This document shows positions 1-12,570 of a stretch of DNA of 64,000 nt, in pieces. Numbering within the stretch: the first letter of the stretch is position 1; each line of letters starts with the position of its first letter. Position numbers and translations under genes: made by a program. The notes beneath the pieces are model-generated. The model did not search any database. It saw only the letters and a list, made by a program, of their open reading frames with translations, and was not told the origin of the DNA. Origin of the DNA: Gekko japonicus (lineage: Eukaryota); contig NW_015159767.1 in assembly GCF_001447785.1 (NCBI RefSeq), positions 261,205 through 325,204 of the forward strand. The letters run 5' to 3'.

Positions 1-446
1 AAAGAGCTCTCTCAGCCCCACCTACCTCACAGGGTGTCTGTTGTGGGGAGGGGAAGGGAAAGGCGTTTGGAAGCCGCTCTGAGACACCTTCGGGTAGTGA
101 AGGTGGGGTATAAATACAATCTCTTCTTCTTCTTCTAATCTGGGAGAGCTGGGTTTGATTACCCACTCCTCCACTTGCACCTGGCTGGATGACCTTGGGC
201 AAGCGGTAGTTCTGATAAGAGCTGTCCTTGAAAAAGAGCAGTTCTCAAAAGAGCTCTCTCAGCCCCACCTACCTCACAGGGTGTCTGTTGTGGGGAGGGG
301 AAGGGAAAGGCGTTTGGAAGCCGCTCTGAGACACCTTCGGGTAGTGAAGGTGGGGTATAAATACAATCTCTTCTTCTTCTTCTAATCTGGGAGAGCTGGG
401 TTTGATTACCCACTCCTCCACTTGCACCTGGCTGGATGACCTTGGG
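1..446 (+). repeat. Tandem array of 5'-truncated Squam3-like SINE units, period 247 bp
   Basis: 1-199 repeats at 248-446. Confidence 0.85.
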
Positions 447-2193
447 CTACACCTGAGGCCCGGTGTCTTGGCTGGAACCACGGAGGCGGAAAGGGACAAC
501 AAAGCCACCGTGGACACCCCCCCCCCCGATCCCCACATACCGACTAGTGCCCACCAATGTTCCCTCTACGCTGTGGTGTCCTGTGAGCAAAAATTCTACT
601 TTGTGAGCTCCTGGCATTAAAGTTGTGAGCGAGTGATTTGGCTCCTGCAGCCCACCGCAAACAAAGGAGGAACGTGTGAGAGAAGATGATGCAGAGAACG
701 AGAAAGGGGCAGGTGGAGAGGAGAGGCGGACAAAGAGAAGCAGAAGGGAGCAAGAGAGAAAAGACGGGGAGGAGAGCGCTGGGCGGGGGGAAGGCAGATG
801 GATTGGGAGCGACAGAGCGAGGCAGGCCATGCTGGAGGAGTGAGAAGGGGGAGGGGGGAGGCATGGGCCCTCGCCAGCATCACAGCCATGGCCAGGAGAT
901 GCCAATTAAGATAAAGGCGGACAATGGTGGCGCCTTCCCAGGACTTAGCCACGGCCAAGTATGCCAGGAATAGCAATGAGCTCGGGGATTTGCGGCGCTG
1001 CCGTCCCCACTGGGGGGCACTCTAGGGATCGGGGCCGCTACGGCACGAGGGACGGGCAGCTCACTCCGGCGACTTCCAAAACCACTTATCTATTTGCCGC
1101 CGCTTATTTTGCCCGCCTTTGGAGACGGGGGGGCGAGGGACGAGGGACGCTCGCGGGCGACTGGCAGACAATGCCAAGGGGAAACATAATTAGATGACGG
1201 GCGGTGACGCAGGGTGGGCAGAAGGACACCGAAGCGGGGAGATAGGACGAGATAGAGCCGGGCGACAGAGAGATAAATGTGCATTTATCACCACTCACTG
1301 CATTCCCAGCACTTTCCCGTGACACGTCTCACAGTCTGTGGAGGGGACGGGGAATAAAAGCGCAGGGCTGGGATCCAATTATTTTTCAAACAATGCAGCA
1401 ATCGGCTTGTTACTGGGCTCTGTTGGTTCCAGTTATGTCTGGTTCCTCCATTCACTGGCCTGCCAAGGCCAACAGTAAACAGTGCGACTTTCCCCCAGTG
1501 ATGTTTGCTAGCTGTTTCCCTGATCCAAACAGATCTGACTCGGCCGCACGAACGGATTCACACCCGGGCCTTCTTTACTCCGCCGGGGTTCCGCCAACCC
1601 CATTGTGATGTTCACTTCAAGTCGTTCAAATGGGGAGGCTGTGCCTGGTTGATTCGGGGCAGCATACGGTTCTCTGTTGGGTTCAGCTGATCCGTACTAC
1701 ATATCCGAGGTTTCAAACCAGCAAAGGCTGCTCCATACTGGTTTACGCTGGCCCAGAGGCTTTCGCTCGGGTAATGGACGCTGCCATTACCATCTGCTCC
1801 GTACTGGTGTAATCTGTCCTACAAGTTGATCATGCTGGTTTATACGGGCCCAAGGTTGTTTACTGCAAAGAATGCCGGAGCTTTTTTCTCTCTTGTCCCG
1901 TACTGATGAATTATGCCATCTCTTGATTCAGAGTTCATCTCCAAAATTTCTGTGTCTTCGCCATACCCTGCATATTTCTGGTACGAGATGGTCCACACAG
2001 GTATACGCTAGGCCCGTTATTTTTTGGGGGGGTGGGGTGTTTTCCTACTGATAGACCAATTTAGTCCTTAATGGTGTTTCTTTCCCCCGCCCCCAGTGCT
2101 TCAAATCATACTCAGCTCTCCCGTAGTTTACCAAAATGAATGACTTCCCGATTGGGATTACGGCGGCGTCCTGCTGGAACAAACGAGGCCTTA

Positions 2194-2973
2194 TCAGTTT
2201 GGTCTGCTCTGTTCTTCTCCAAGTTGCTCTCCTTCACAACCCCCCTCCTCTTCTGCCGTTTCCCCCAAAACTTGGTAGACTCGGCCCACGTCTTCCCTGG
2301 AGACACAGACCCAACCGCTTTGCTGAACGTGGTAGAGGTCGACGTTGCCTCCGGAGTAGGCATCTCGGTGGGCAGCGTGGGCTACGGCCTGGCGGGCCAG
2401 GGCGAACGCCTCCGCGACTGGCAGGTCGTAGCGGTAGGCCCCATCCAAGACAGCGTAGGCATAAGGGGATCCGGAGCCAACCGAAAAGACATCCCCGGAG
2501 AAGCAGGTCCCGTCGCTGTACACGTAATGGAGCCTGGGCCCTGTATGGTCCCAACCGCACAGCAGGGTGGCCACGCAGAGGTCTTTGCTGTGGCATCCGT
2601 GCAGCAGGCGAGCCAGCAGCTTCGCTGTCCCGGCCACGCTGGGCTGCTGCCCCTCGTGGAGGTGCCTCAGGCGCAGGGAGCAGCGCAGGATACGGAGCCA
2701 AGCGGCGCAGTCTGCGGACGTCCCGGATGTGGTGGCTATCAGGTGGCGGTGGAGCGTGATGACCTTACGGGAAGCCGGATCGCATATGAGGCTCCCGCAA
2801 GAGGAGCGGGTGTCTGCTGCCACCACCACCCCGTGGCTGCAGCGGAAAGCCAGGGTCGTCGTGCCGTGGGACAGCGAGAAGGGCGGGGGTACCGTCATCC
2901 GGCCGGGGGGCGGCGGAGGCCAACAGGGAGGCTGTGAACGGCGATTCATACCCAGAATGTCTTGGAGAGCCAT
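2194..2973 (-). CDS. PSMB11: Thymoproteasome subunit beta-5t, single exon, 259 aa
   Basis: HG|TTTLAF propeptide junction; Thr1/Asp17/Lys33 intact; beta5t-type hydrophilic S1 residues S20, S31, T45, S49 ([10 protein letters not shown]); intronless and divergent from PSMB5. Confidence 0.95.
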   Translation of the reverse strand: MALQDILGMNRRSQPPCWPPPPPGRMTVPPPFSLSHGTTTLAFRCSHGVVVAADTRSSCGSLICDPASRKVITLHRHLIATTSGTSADCAAWLRILRCSLRLRHLHEGQQPSVAGTAKLLARLLHGCHSKDLCVATLLCGWDHTGPRLHYVYSDGTCFSGDVFSVGSGSPYAYAVLDGAYRYDLPVAEAFALARQAVAHAAHRDAYSGGNVDLYHVQQSGWVCVSREDVGRVYQVLGETAEEEGGCEGEQLGEEQSRPN

Positions 2974-3371
2974 TGGGGTGAAGGATGCTGGAAGAAATTG
3001 GTGAAGAGGACTTATAAGAAGCTGGTGGTGGGGTTGCTTGGGGGAGGGATCACACGCAAGACCGGGATGGTGGTGGAGAGAAGGAGTGACGGGTCAGGTA
3101 AGGAACAGGCTTCACAACGAGGATAGGAAGACAAGCAGATAACGTTGCCGGGAAATTGCTTTGCCAGATGACAGGTTATGGCTTGTTTTCGCTATCCGCT
3201 GCGTTCAGGTATCAGGCGACCGAACGAGGCCCAAGATGTGTTTACTTGAAATGTGATTTCCACTGAGTCCAGTGGGGTCTATTCCAAAGTAAGAGTACCT
3301 AGGACCACAGCCTTAAAAAGGAGGTGGGGAATTGCGAATGGCAAAAAGAAGTCAAAATGGAGGGAGGTGAC

Positions 3372-3552
3372 CAGTGTTCCCTCTAAGCTGAGTTAGTGTG
3401 AGCTAGCTCACAGTTTTTTAGCCTCTGGCTCACACAGGGAGGATGGCTCCAGAGCAAACCAATTTATGCAGTTGCCAAATCGCTCACTCACAACTTGCAA
3501 GCCAGTAGCTCCCAAAGTAGAATTTTTGCTTCCAAAACTCTACAGCTTAGAG
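3372..3552. mobile_element. hAT MITE family A (TIR CAGTGTTCCCTCTAAGCTG)
   Basis: TIR plus shared interior; further copies near 555-650, 6409-6614, 7401-7582, 31813-32018. Confidence 0.75.
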
Positions 3553-3768
3553 CAGGGGTGTCAGAGCCCTGGAGGGCTTCTTTCAGGTCCGCAGTGGAAC
3601 TGGCTGTCTTCTGCTTCTTCTTCCAGTTCTGTTGCTGCTGCATCATCATAGGTTTGCAGCTTACAGATACACACCTGAACAGCATACTCAAGATTGCAAA
3701 GCATTTTGATGCAATAATTCAGAGCAAGAGGTGTCAGTTACCAGACACTGTTCAATAAACAAAATATT

Positions 3769-4119
3769 AAAGGTAAAGGTTCCCTTGCTTGAAAGCCAGT
3801 CGAATCTGACTCTAGGGTTGCGGTGCTCGTCTCCGTTTCCAAGCCGAAGAGCCAGCGCTGTCCGAAGACGTTTCCGTGGTCGTGTGGCCGGCATGACTAA
3901 ATGCCAAGGCGCACAGAACGCTGTTCCCTTCCCACTGAAGTGGTACCTATTTATCTACTTGCAATTTCTTGCTTTGGAACTGCTAGGTTGGCAGGAGCTG
4001 GAACTAGAGACGGGAGCTCACTCTGTCCTGCGGCACACTTGGGTCTCGAACTGCTGAACTACTGACCTTCCACAGCCTGCAGTTCAGTGTCTTAACCACT
4101 TGAGCCACCGCAGCTCCTC
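3769..4119 (-). mobile_element. Sauria SINE, full length
   Basis: (ACCTTT)n tail, tRNA-like head, 13-bp TSD TAAACAAAATATT. Confidence 0.88.
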
Positions 4120-5675
4120 TAAACAAAATATTGCAAGGGTGCTAATGTTTTAAGCATTTTTTTATTTTAAATAAAAAAGACCCCTTTGTGTTTGTGTCCT
4201 TTATAAAGTTGATATCTCCACTACCTGGCATTGCCTTTTTTTATGACACACGTGGCCCGGTCCAGAAGGTCTCATTTATGTCACATCCGACCCTCAGAAC
4301 AAATGAGGTGACATTGGAGGTGACAGTGGGAAATGTTAGGAAGTGGACTCGTTAGCTGCTTCCACGCAGAGGTTGTGCTTCGGTTTGGTTTCAAATATGG
4401 AGCAGGTTTCTTGGAGCATCTACGCAACATGATCCCCAATTGTCCATTTCCTGGGTTTGTCCGACTTTGCTGTGATCTTTCTTGAACCTGGTTTCTTCTC
4501 TTTTGTTGAAAGATTGTAGTCAAAGAGCTATGTCGGTGAGAAGGTGTGCCTTTTTCAGATCCCACCTGCATCAGCAACATTTTCCTTCTTCAAATCCCAC
4601 CATTCTTCCCTGGCACCAGAGGACTTTAAAAAAAATATATTGGCCATCGACATATTGCTATAGTGCTTTAAGGCTTTATCTGCTAGTTCCTCTGAGCTCA
4701 ACATTTGCATTTTAAAAACAGTAAAGAATTTAGCCCCTTTCACTACCGATATATGCCTTTCTCTTTATATCTCCACAATGAAAAGGGACAGAGTTTGTTT
4801 GAAGAAAGGACAGCTGGGAACCCAGAGGACCTAGCAGATAGAGCATTATAACATTTTCATGCTATGACTAGTAAAGAATTTCATGCTAGTAAAGAATTTA
4901 GCACCTTTCACTGCCGATATATGCCTTTCCCCTTATATCTCCACAATGAAAAGGGACAGAGTTTGTTTGAAGAAAGGACAGCTGGGAACCCAGAGGACCT
5001 AGCAGATAGAGCCTTATAACATTTTCATGCTATGACTAAAGGTAAATTGCCAGTTTTTCTTAAAGCCCTCCAGGGAAGTGAGAGAGGGGTAGCCACAACA
5101 GGCTGAGGCGAGGAAAGTATAGGGGAAATTGCAGTGTGGATCCTCCACTGGATACCCTCTGCATTCACAGTGGCAACGAAAGCTACATGGAGAATCGTTG
5201 GCTCACACAACGGCCCCCTCCCATTCCTGAAAGGAGATGAAAACCCTATTGCAGCAGGAGCACTTTCTCTCTCCTTTAAAAAAAAATTCCTCATGACAAG
5301 CAGTGGGATGAAATGTGGCTATGCATGCCATTATTGGCTCTGTGTCCTTGGGACGGGGCTGCCTGCGAGCTGAATGGGACCAAAATATATGCTTCGTTGC
5401 AGCAGCGTGTGACTCTCTGTACAGAAGGCAGATGCGACACGGCCCCTTCTCGGTGGAGGAGGCAACAATCGGCTTTCACATCTGGGCTCCAGGGAAGATG
5501 CTTTGGGACGATCCCTGAGAAGAGGCTGACAGCTGGACTGATGCTGCCAGACATACCAAATATGCTTTTTGCGGTGTGCAGCTCAGTTCAGAATAGATTT
5601 CCGCTTCGTTCTTAGTATCGGCGTCGGGCAAAGGCTCTGGAGGGCCACAAACAGTTGACCATTTTGGTGTGAGAG

Positions 5676-5955
5676 CCAGTTTGGTGTAGTGGTTAAGTGC
5701 GTGGACGCTAATCTGGGAGAACTGGGTTTGGTTCCCCACTCCTCCACTCCCACCTCGCTGGATGACCTTGGGCAAGCCATAGTTCTGTCAGAGCTGTCCT
5801 TGGAAAAGAGCAGTATCTGTCAGAGCTCTCTCAGCCCCGCTGACCTCACAGGGTGTCTGTTGTGGGGAGGGGAAGGGAAAGGAGTTTGTAAGCTACTCTG
5901 AGACTCCTTCGGGTAGTGAAGGGCGGGAAATCCAATCTCCTCCTCTTCTTCTTCC
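5676..5955 (+). mobile_element. Squam3-like CORE SINE
   Basis: GCCAGTTTGGTGTAGTGGTTAAG head, (CTT)n tail; family name recalled, not searched. Confidence 0.75.
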
Positions 5956-6256
5956 TTTCACTTGGTCCCCAGCACAGAGAGGGTTATTCCTTCAGTCCCC
6001 ACCCCACGAGGGGAAGAGGACGCTGGCATGTCAGCGGCTGTCACCCTCCACTGCCTCCTCCGCGTTTCCCAGAAAAATGCAACGCTGCGTCCCCCAGCTG
6101 CGTCTATCCAGAATTTGGGGGTAGGGCGGGGAGGACGGAATGTGTGTGATGGGGAGGGAGAGTGAGAAGTGTGACCGGGGACAGGGGCGTGAAAGCCAGT
6201 TGTGTGGTATAGTGTGTTTCTAACTGTGATTCGGCTGCAGAAGGAACTGGGATTTT

Positions 6257-6680
6257 GGTTTGGTGTCGTGGTTCAGTGCGCGGACTCTAATCTGGGAGAA
6301 CCGGGTTTGATTCACCCACTCCTCCACTTGCACCTGGCTGGATGACCTTGGGCAAGCCACAGTTCTCTCAGAGCTGTCCTTGAAAAAGAGCACCACCTAC
6401 CTCACAGGCAATGCTCCCTCTAAGCTGTGGAGTCTTGTGAGCAAAAATTCTACTCTGTGAGCTAGTGGCATTCAAGTTGTGAGCAAGAGATTTGGCTGCT
6501 GCATAAATCAGTTTGCTCTGGAACCATCCTTCCTGGTCTAAGACAAAAATGTGTGAGCTGGAGGCTAAAAAACGGTGAGCTAACTCACACCAGCTCAGCT
6601 TAGAGGGAACACTGCTCACACAGGGTGTCTGTTGTGGGGAGAGGAAGGGAAAGGGGTATAAATCCAATCTCTTCTCCCTC
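6257..6680 (+). mobile_element. Squam3-like SINE interrupted by a family A hAT MITE
   Basis: SINE split at CTCACAGG by a TIR-bounded MITE at about 6409-6614. Confidence 0.75.
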
Positions 6681-8792
6681 TTCTCTATTCAAAAAAAGAA
6701 AATTCTCATCCTCTTTGCCACCAGCATTTTACTCCCAGTTTACCTTTTAAGAAGAGCTTTTACTGCAATAGTTTAGACGCAGTTTGATGTTAAGTTCAGT
6801 TGGGTTACCCAGGAAAGATTCAGTGCCCCTTTCAAAATATCTCAGGGGAACTGAGGCTCTAGAGACAGCACAGGTGGTTTGCAGACCTGGAGGAATGTCT
6901 TCAGTCCTCCTGGACAGTAAAATTAGGCCAGAGTGTCCTCAGTAAACGGTGGCCTTTGATTAGTGCAAAGGAGTGTGAGATAGCAATTCTCAACAAGGCT
7001 GGGATTGGCTCCCTGTAATTTTAGTTGAAGCCTTTCTAGCCAGCTTTTCTGTACAAGTGGATGTATAGAGAGAACACTTACGGCCCGTGGAGGGAATGGA
7101 AGCTGAAAGTATCACAAGAGTAGAATACAGTATATTCATTCTCTGGCACAAAGGTAAGTGCAAATGTGGTCTGTCTGACTGGTGGGAAACGGCCGACTCA
7201 GGTCAAAATTGTGTATTTGACGGTCAGAGATGGGTAGTGGTGGTAATCTATGGGGGAGCTTTGTAAAAGTACCAAGGAGTGTATATTTGGCAACCACGAA
7301 CTTTGGAAAAGTACTAATTTGGTAATCATGCCAAAGGGGGAGCTAGGGTTGTCAACTCCAGTTTGGGAAATTCCTGGAGATTTGGAGGTGGAGCCTGGGG
7401 CAGCGTTCCCTCTAAGAGGAGCCAGTGTGAGCTAGCTCACAGTTTTTTAGCCTCCGGTGTGCACATTTTTGTCTTGGCTCAGGAAGGATGGCTCCAGAGC
7501 AAACTAACTTACGCAGCAGGCTCACAACTCTAATGCCAGTAGCTCAGAAAGTAGAATTTTAGCTCACAAGACTCCACAGCTCATAGGCCAACCTGATAAT
7601 TATGTCCTTTTTTCTTCTTTCCTCAAAAAATGCTGTAACTGTTGAAAGAGTGGCAACTTTTTTGTATCTGGCTTCTAAAAAGCGAGATATGTGTTAACTG
7701 TATTGAGTACTCCTTATGTTTTGTATACGTCTTAGTGCATAATGCCAATAAATGTTGTTGTTGTTGACTCCACAGTTTAGAGGGGTGACATGACTGAGGT
7801 TTATAAGATTATGCATGGGATAGAGCAGGTAGAAAAAGATGCGCATACTGAGAAGGGGGTGGTGGGAAACAACCTCACGGAGTCAGGATGGCCTGGTCAG
7901 ACCATCCCGACACCATGAGAGCGCGCTGGAGCAATCAGACAGGGGAAAGTCCATCCATGGCCCGTTGCAACCCGTTTACTACCGGATTTTCCCCGATGAC
8001 TTTTCACTCCGCTTCTGTGGTGGAGCAGAACAGGTTGTCGACAGCTGCGGGGGGCTTCCTAGATGTTGCTGTCTGATCACGCCCTTTAAATCCGCCTGGC
8101 ATTCGCGGGTCTAGTTCTGCGTATGATCGCAGCCCTATAGAATGAAAGGGATTCTCTGTTAAGTCAGAACAGACTAGTGGTATAGTCTTGTCAACCTCTG
8201 TCCTTATCAGAGAATTTTGGGGCCAGCTGCAGATCCCTCTCAACTAGCTAAGGCAGAAGACCTCTTGTTTCCCCTACAGCCTATCCCCTTGTGGGTGTGC
8301 ATATGATGCTTCGTTCTTTCCCAGTAAACGCAGACTCCTGATTGCCCTTACCTGGATAACTTAGGCTAGCCCGCTCTCATCAAATCTCAAAAGCTAAGCA
8401 GGGGCCCCGGTCACACGGGAGGATTTGCCCCGCAAGAGGGATGGATCGGGGGCACATCAAGCTGGTGTGATCACACTGCAACATCTGGGAAGCGTCACGC
8501 ACCCGTCCCAATCCGGCCGGAAAATGCACATTTAAAAGCTTTTTAAAATGCTTTTGAGCCTGGAGCTGCAGTGGCTCAAGTGGTTAAGACACCATGCCCT
8601 ATTTTCTGTGTAAATAGAATAACAAGCAAAAGGTGGATGCAGCAGTTGCAGACCCGAGTGTGCCGCATGATGGAGTGAGTTCTTCATTCTCTCCCCCCCC
8701 CCAAAGCAACCAGACAACTAAGGGTGCATTCAGTGTAGCAGCAGATTCCTTAATGATCTTGTCTAATCACTGCTGATAATACTGTGTTCAAT

Positions 8793-8950
8793 ATGTTGTC
8801 GAAGAGTTTTACGGCCGGCGTTCATTAGTTGGTGTAGATTTTCCGGGCTGTATGGCCGTGATCTTGGCATTGTAGGACATGGTGTTTCGCCAGCAGCTGT
8901 AACTGGCATCCTCAGAGGTGTAACACGAAAAGATGGAGTACTCTCTGTGT
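8793..8950 (-). mobile_element. Penelope-like element fragment with decayed hammerhead core
   Basis: Minus strand CTGAGGA-TGCCAG...CTGGC-GAAAC at about 8884-8915. Confidence 0.55.
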
Positions 8951-9475
8951 CTGTAGGGGATCTGGAAACCCTACCCCCTCATCCCCCCACCAATGACCAG
9001 GTGGTACCTGGCAACCCACCAGGGAGGGTGGATTAAGGAGCACACAAGTAATTTTTTTGCCATCACATTGCAGCCAATTTGTTGTGACCCCCTGTGGTTT
9101 TCAAGGCAAGAGATGCTCAGAGGTGGTTTGCTGTTTGCCTAGACTGCCTTGGTGGTCTCTCACTGAGCCCTAGACTTCTTCGGTGGTCTCCCATCCAAAT
9201 ACTAACCAGGGCTGACTGACCCTGGTACCGGTCACACGAGTGGGATGATCCGCTGCCGAAGGGAGGCAAATTAGAGCCAGAGCAAAAAGAACCGCGATCC
9301 GACGTGCCCCAGCGGCTCCGTGCTCCGGCAGCCAGTCACACGTTGTGCAGCAAACCGGCAGTAGCGCGCTTGTGCGCATGCGTGGGATGGGGAACGGCGC
9401 TGGCTACGGGGCTACCAGTGCTTCCCTGACCAGACGCCTGGAGTTGCCGCTCATCATTCAGAAGGTAGTGCTCAA

Positions 9476-9638
9476 AAGGTAAGGTAAAGGTTTTCCTTGC
9501 TCGAAAGCCAGTAGAATCCGACTCTAGGGTTGCGGTGCTCATCTCCGTTTCAAAGCCGAAGAGCCAGCGCTGTCCGAAGACGTTTTCCGTGGTCATGTGG
9601 CCGGCATGACTAAACACCAAGGTGCACGGAAGGCTGTT
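9476..9638 (-). mobile_element. Sauria SINE, 5'-truncated
   Basis: Matches the 3' half of the 3769 copy. Confidence 0.85.
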
Positions 9639-9999
9639 CTTGTAGGAGTTCCCTAATAGGGGAGCTTTCCTGAGGAGATTCTTTTGCATATGGATTGGCT
9701 GTTGAAACTCTAAATCTTATCTGTAGTGCTATTGTCAGATGCAGAGCATTCTGTGTTTTTCAGGACAGGACACCATGCCCTATTTACTATGTCTATTGCT
9801 GGCCTCATGTCGTCGTGAGTTCCACGGGAAAAGGAAGACGCGCTCAGTACAGGAAGAGGGGGAGAAAAAAAGCGAACTTCCCCTCCGGGGCTCTTCCAGC
9901 CTCGTCGTTGCATAACTTTGCTGCCTGCTCGAAATGTCAGAGGCAAAATCACCTCACACCTGCTGACAATCCCTTTGCTTCCCCCAACATGACATCCCC

Positions 10000-10357
10000 C
10001 AGAGGAAACGAGGACGGCGACTGTCGCATTCGGTTCCCACTCGCGAGACGAGGCGCAAAGGCAGATCGGCTTTGTCACCCGGCGAGGTCTTCCGAACCCG
10101 AACCGAGCCTTGCCCTTACTCAAAATGGCGCCCGACCTGGGCTCCCAAACAGCCCGGCCGCCCTCACCAAAAACGGCGGAGCCGCCCTCACCAGCCGGCT
10201 TAGACCAACGAATGGCGCGGCGCCTATGGTGGCGCCCGTCGCTGACGTCAGCCTTACCCCCGGCCTTCGTTGCCCTCACACAACATGGCGCCCGGAGCTT
10301 ATATAGGAGCTGGGCCGTCGTTCTTCCCTGAGTCACTGTTCCTCGCCCACATCCAAG
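10000..10357 (+). promoter_or_regulatory. PSMB5 CpG-island promoter
   Basis: CpG-rich; YY1-like ATGGCG motifs near 10122, 10211, 10282, 10355; palindrome GCTGACGTCAGC 10241-10252; TGAGTCA near 10329. Confidence 0.75.
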
Positions 10358-10588
10358 ATGGCGCTGGCCAGCCTGCTGGAGCCGCAAGAGCCCGTGAACC
10401 GGGCCGGGTACTTTGGGTTGGGCGCCGGCTGCGAATTCCGGTCGCCCGCGCTCGGGGCTTTCGGTGGAGGAGAGAAGGGGACGGAGAGCGCGGGGTTGCC
10501 CTTGTCCCTGGCCGCCCCTTGCCCCAGCACCGCCGCGGTGGATGCCAAGATCGAGCTCCTGCATGGGACCACCACTTTGGCCTTCAAG
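10358..10588 (+). CDS. PSMB5: Proteasome subunit beta-5, exon 1
   Basis: MALASLL...[13 protein letters not shown] then AAG|GTGGGA donor; inside a CpG island. Confidence 0.95.
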
Positions 10589-10681
10589 GTGGGAGGGGGC
10601 GAGGCTCTGCCCTTTTGGTTGGGGGTGTGTGTGCGGGGTTGGGGTCGTGTTCCCTGGCCCTTCGGGTGGGTTGCAGGCTGG

Positions 10682-10802
10682 GGCCACATGACCACGGAAA
10701 TGTCTTCGGACAGCGCTGGCTCTTCGGCTTTGAAACGGAGATGAGCACCGCAACCCTAGAGTCGGCTTTCGACTGGCTTTCGAGCAAGGGAACCTTTACT
10801 TT
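10682..10802 (+). mobile_element. Sauria SINE, 5'-truncated
   Basis: Reverse complement of the 9476 copy. Confidence 0.85.
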
Positions 10803-11050
10803 ACTTATTGGAATTGGGGGGGGGNNNNNNNNNNNNNNNNNNNNNNNNNNNNNNNNNNNNNNNNNNNNNNNNNNNNNNNNNNNNNGTTAGCAAAAATCCT
10901 CCTTCGGGAGGTCCTGGCATGAAAGCTTTGAGTGAGCGATTGGGCTACTGCAGGAATGAGTTTGCTGTGGAGCCACATCCTTCCAGAGCTAAGGCCAAAA
11001 GGTGTGAGCCGGAGGCTAAAAAACTGTGAGCTAGCTCACATTAACTCAGC

Positions 11051-11657
11051 TTTATTTATTTATTATTTATTTATTAGATTTGTATCCAGCCCTCCCCAAA
11101 TGGGCTCAGGGCGGCTTCCCACAGCGGCAAATGCCATAACAAACAATTAAAACAGTATAAAAACAATCAATAAATAAAGTGCGGTGCTCTAGATGTTAAC
11201 TTATGGCCCCAAGATGGGATCCGTTTATCAACCTAGCCTGACAACATAAGTTCTTGGTCACCTAGGTGTCTTCCCAGGCCCGGTTCATCTAATCCACCGT
11301 CGTAGATGGCAACTCGGTGGTGGCATAATGGCACCGGATGCAAAGGCCTGGCAGAAGAGCTCTGTCTTACAAGCCCTGCGGAACTGTGCCAAGTCCCGCA
11401 GGGCCCGGATCTCCTCTGGGAGCTCGTTCCACCAAATAGATGCCGCCGCCAAGAAAGCCCTGGCCCTGGTTGCGGCCAGCTTGATGTCCTTGGGGCCAGG
11501 AACCACCAGTAGGTGCTGCGCCCCAGACCGTAGTGCTCTTGGGGGAACATATGGGGAAAGGCGGTCCCTTAGGTACGCTGGACCCTGGTCATCAAGGGCT
11601 TTATAGGTAAGAACCAGCACTTTGAAGCGAATCTGGTATGCTATAGGCAGCCAGTGC
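11051..11657 (-). mobile_element. L2-clade LINE 3' end
   Basis: ORF2 C-terminus LVLTYKAL..GPAYLRDRL...RAF...WNELPEEIR...F...KT.LF; (TAAA)n tail. Confidence 0.85.
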
Positions 11658-12204
11658 AGCTTAGAGTGAACACTGGCCCACAGGTACCATGCAGTGCAAG
11701 AAAACTAGCTTAGAGGGGACACTGCTGGGAAGCGAGGGTTTGGAAACATTATCACGCTGTGGTAACGTTGGTGGGATTGGGGCAGGTGTGATCACCTGTA
11801 GCTGCCTTATGCAGAATCAAAACAGCGGGCAGGAGCTCTCCAGGATCTTGGGGATCTTGGGGCAGAGGAGTTTTCACATCGCCTGTGACCTGATCCTGGA
11901 TAACTGGAGATGCTGGGAACTGGACTGCTTGCAAAACAAATGCACCACTACTGAACTGTAGGCTTTTCTCTGAAAGCATTTGAGGCTATGGCTGGGGAAT
12001 AATGCAGACATAATGAGCATGTTGGGGGGGGGGGGGGACACTGGGCTTTTTTGACTTTAGAGAGGTTTGGAGGAGAGGACACCTTTTGCATGGCCGGCAG
12101 TGGACTATCACCAAAAGTTTTTTGTTCCTGGATTTTCAGATTCCCACTGCTTGTTTTCTCTGTGTTAGTACTCCCGAATAAGGTTGCCATTTAAGCTAAA
12201 CTTT

Positions 12205-12570
12205 TTTTTATTGAAAATTACAAAGGCATAGACAGCTTTAAAGAGGGCATTAGATAGATTCATGAAGGAGAGGTCTATCAGTGGCTACTAGCTATGGTGA
12301 CTAAAGAGAAACCTCCACATTCAGAGACAGTAAAGGTTTTTTTATTGAGTGTTGAAAATTGCAAAGACATAGACAGCTTTAAAGGGGGCATTAGATAGAT
12401 TCATGAAGGAGAGGTCTATCAGTGGCTACTAGCTATGGTGACTAAAGAGAACCTCCACATTCAGAGACAGTAAAGCTCTGGTTCAGTGCCAGGAGGCAAC
12501 ATCAGGGGAAGGCCTCGGCTTGTGTGCCCTCTTGTTGGCACTCCAGAGGTAACTGGTTGGCCACTTCTGT
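12205..12570 (+). mobile_element. CR1 LINE 3' fragment with about 140-bp tandem duplication
   Basis: CATAGACAGCTTTAAA...AGATTCATGAAGGAGAGGTCTATCAGTGGCTACTAGC occurs twice. Confidence 0.7.

Noticed and set aside
2136-2937. Long plus-strand ORFs (207 and 265 aa) opposite PSMB11
   Set aside because: Antisense shadows of a GC-rich CDS with no independent protein features.
5676-5745. SINE heads as tRNA genes
   Set aside because: A/B-box-like motifs, but they continue into the SINE body and lack a full cloverleaf.
9695-10890. 347, 203 and 206 aa ORFs around PSMB5 exon 1
   Set aside because: Stop-poor CpG island; the 347 and 206 aa frames run into SINE sequence or a gap.
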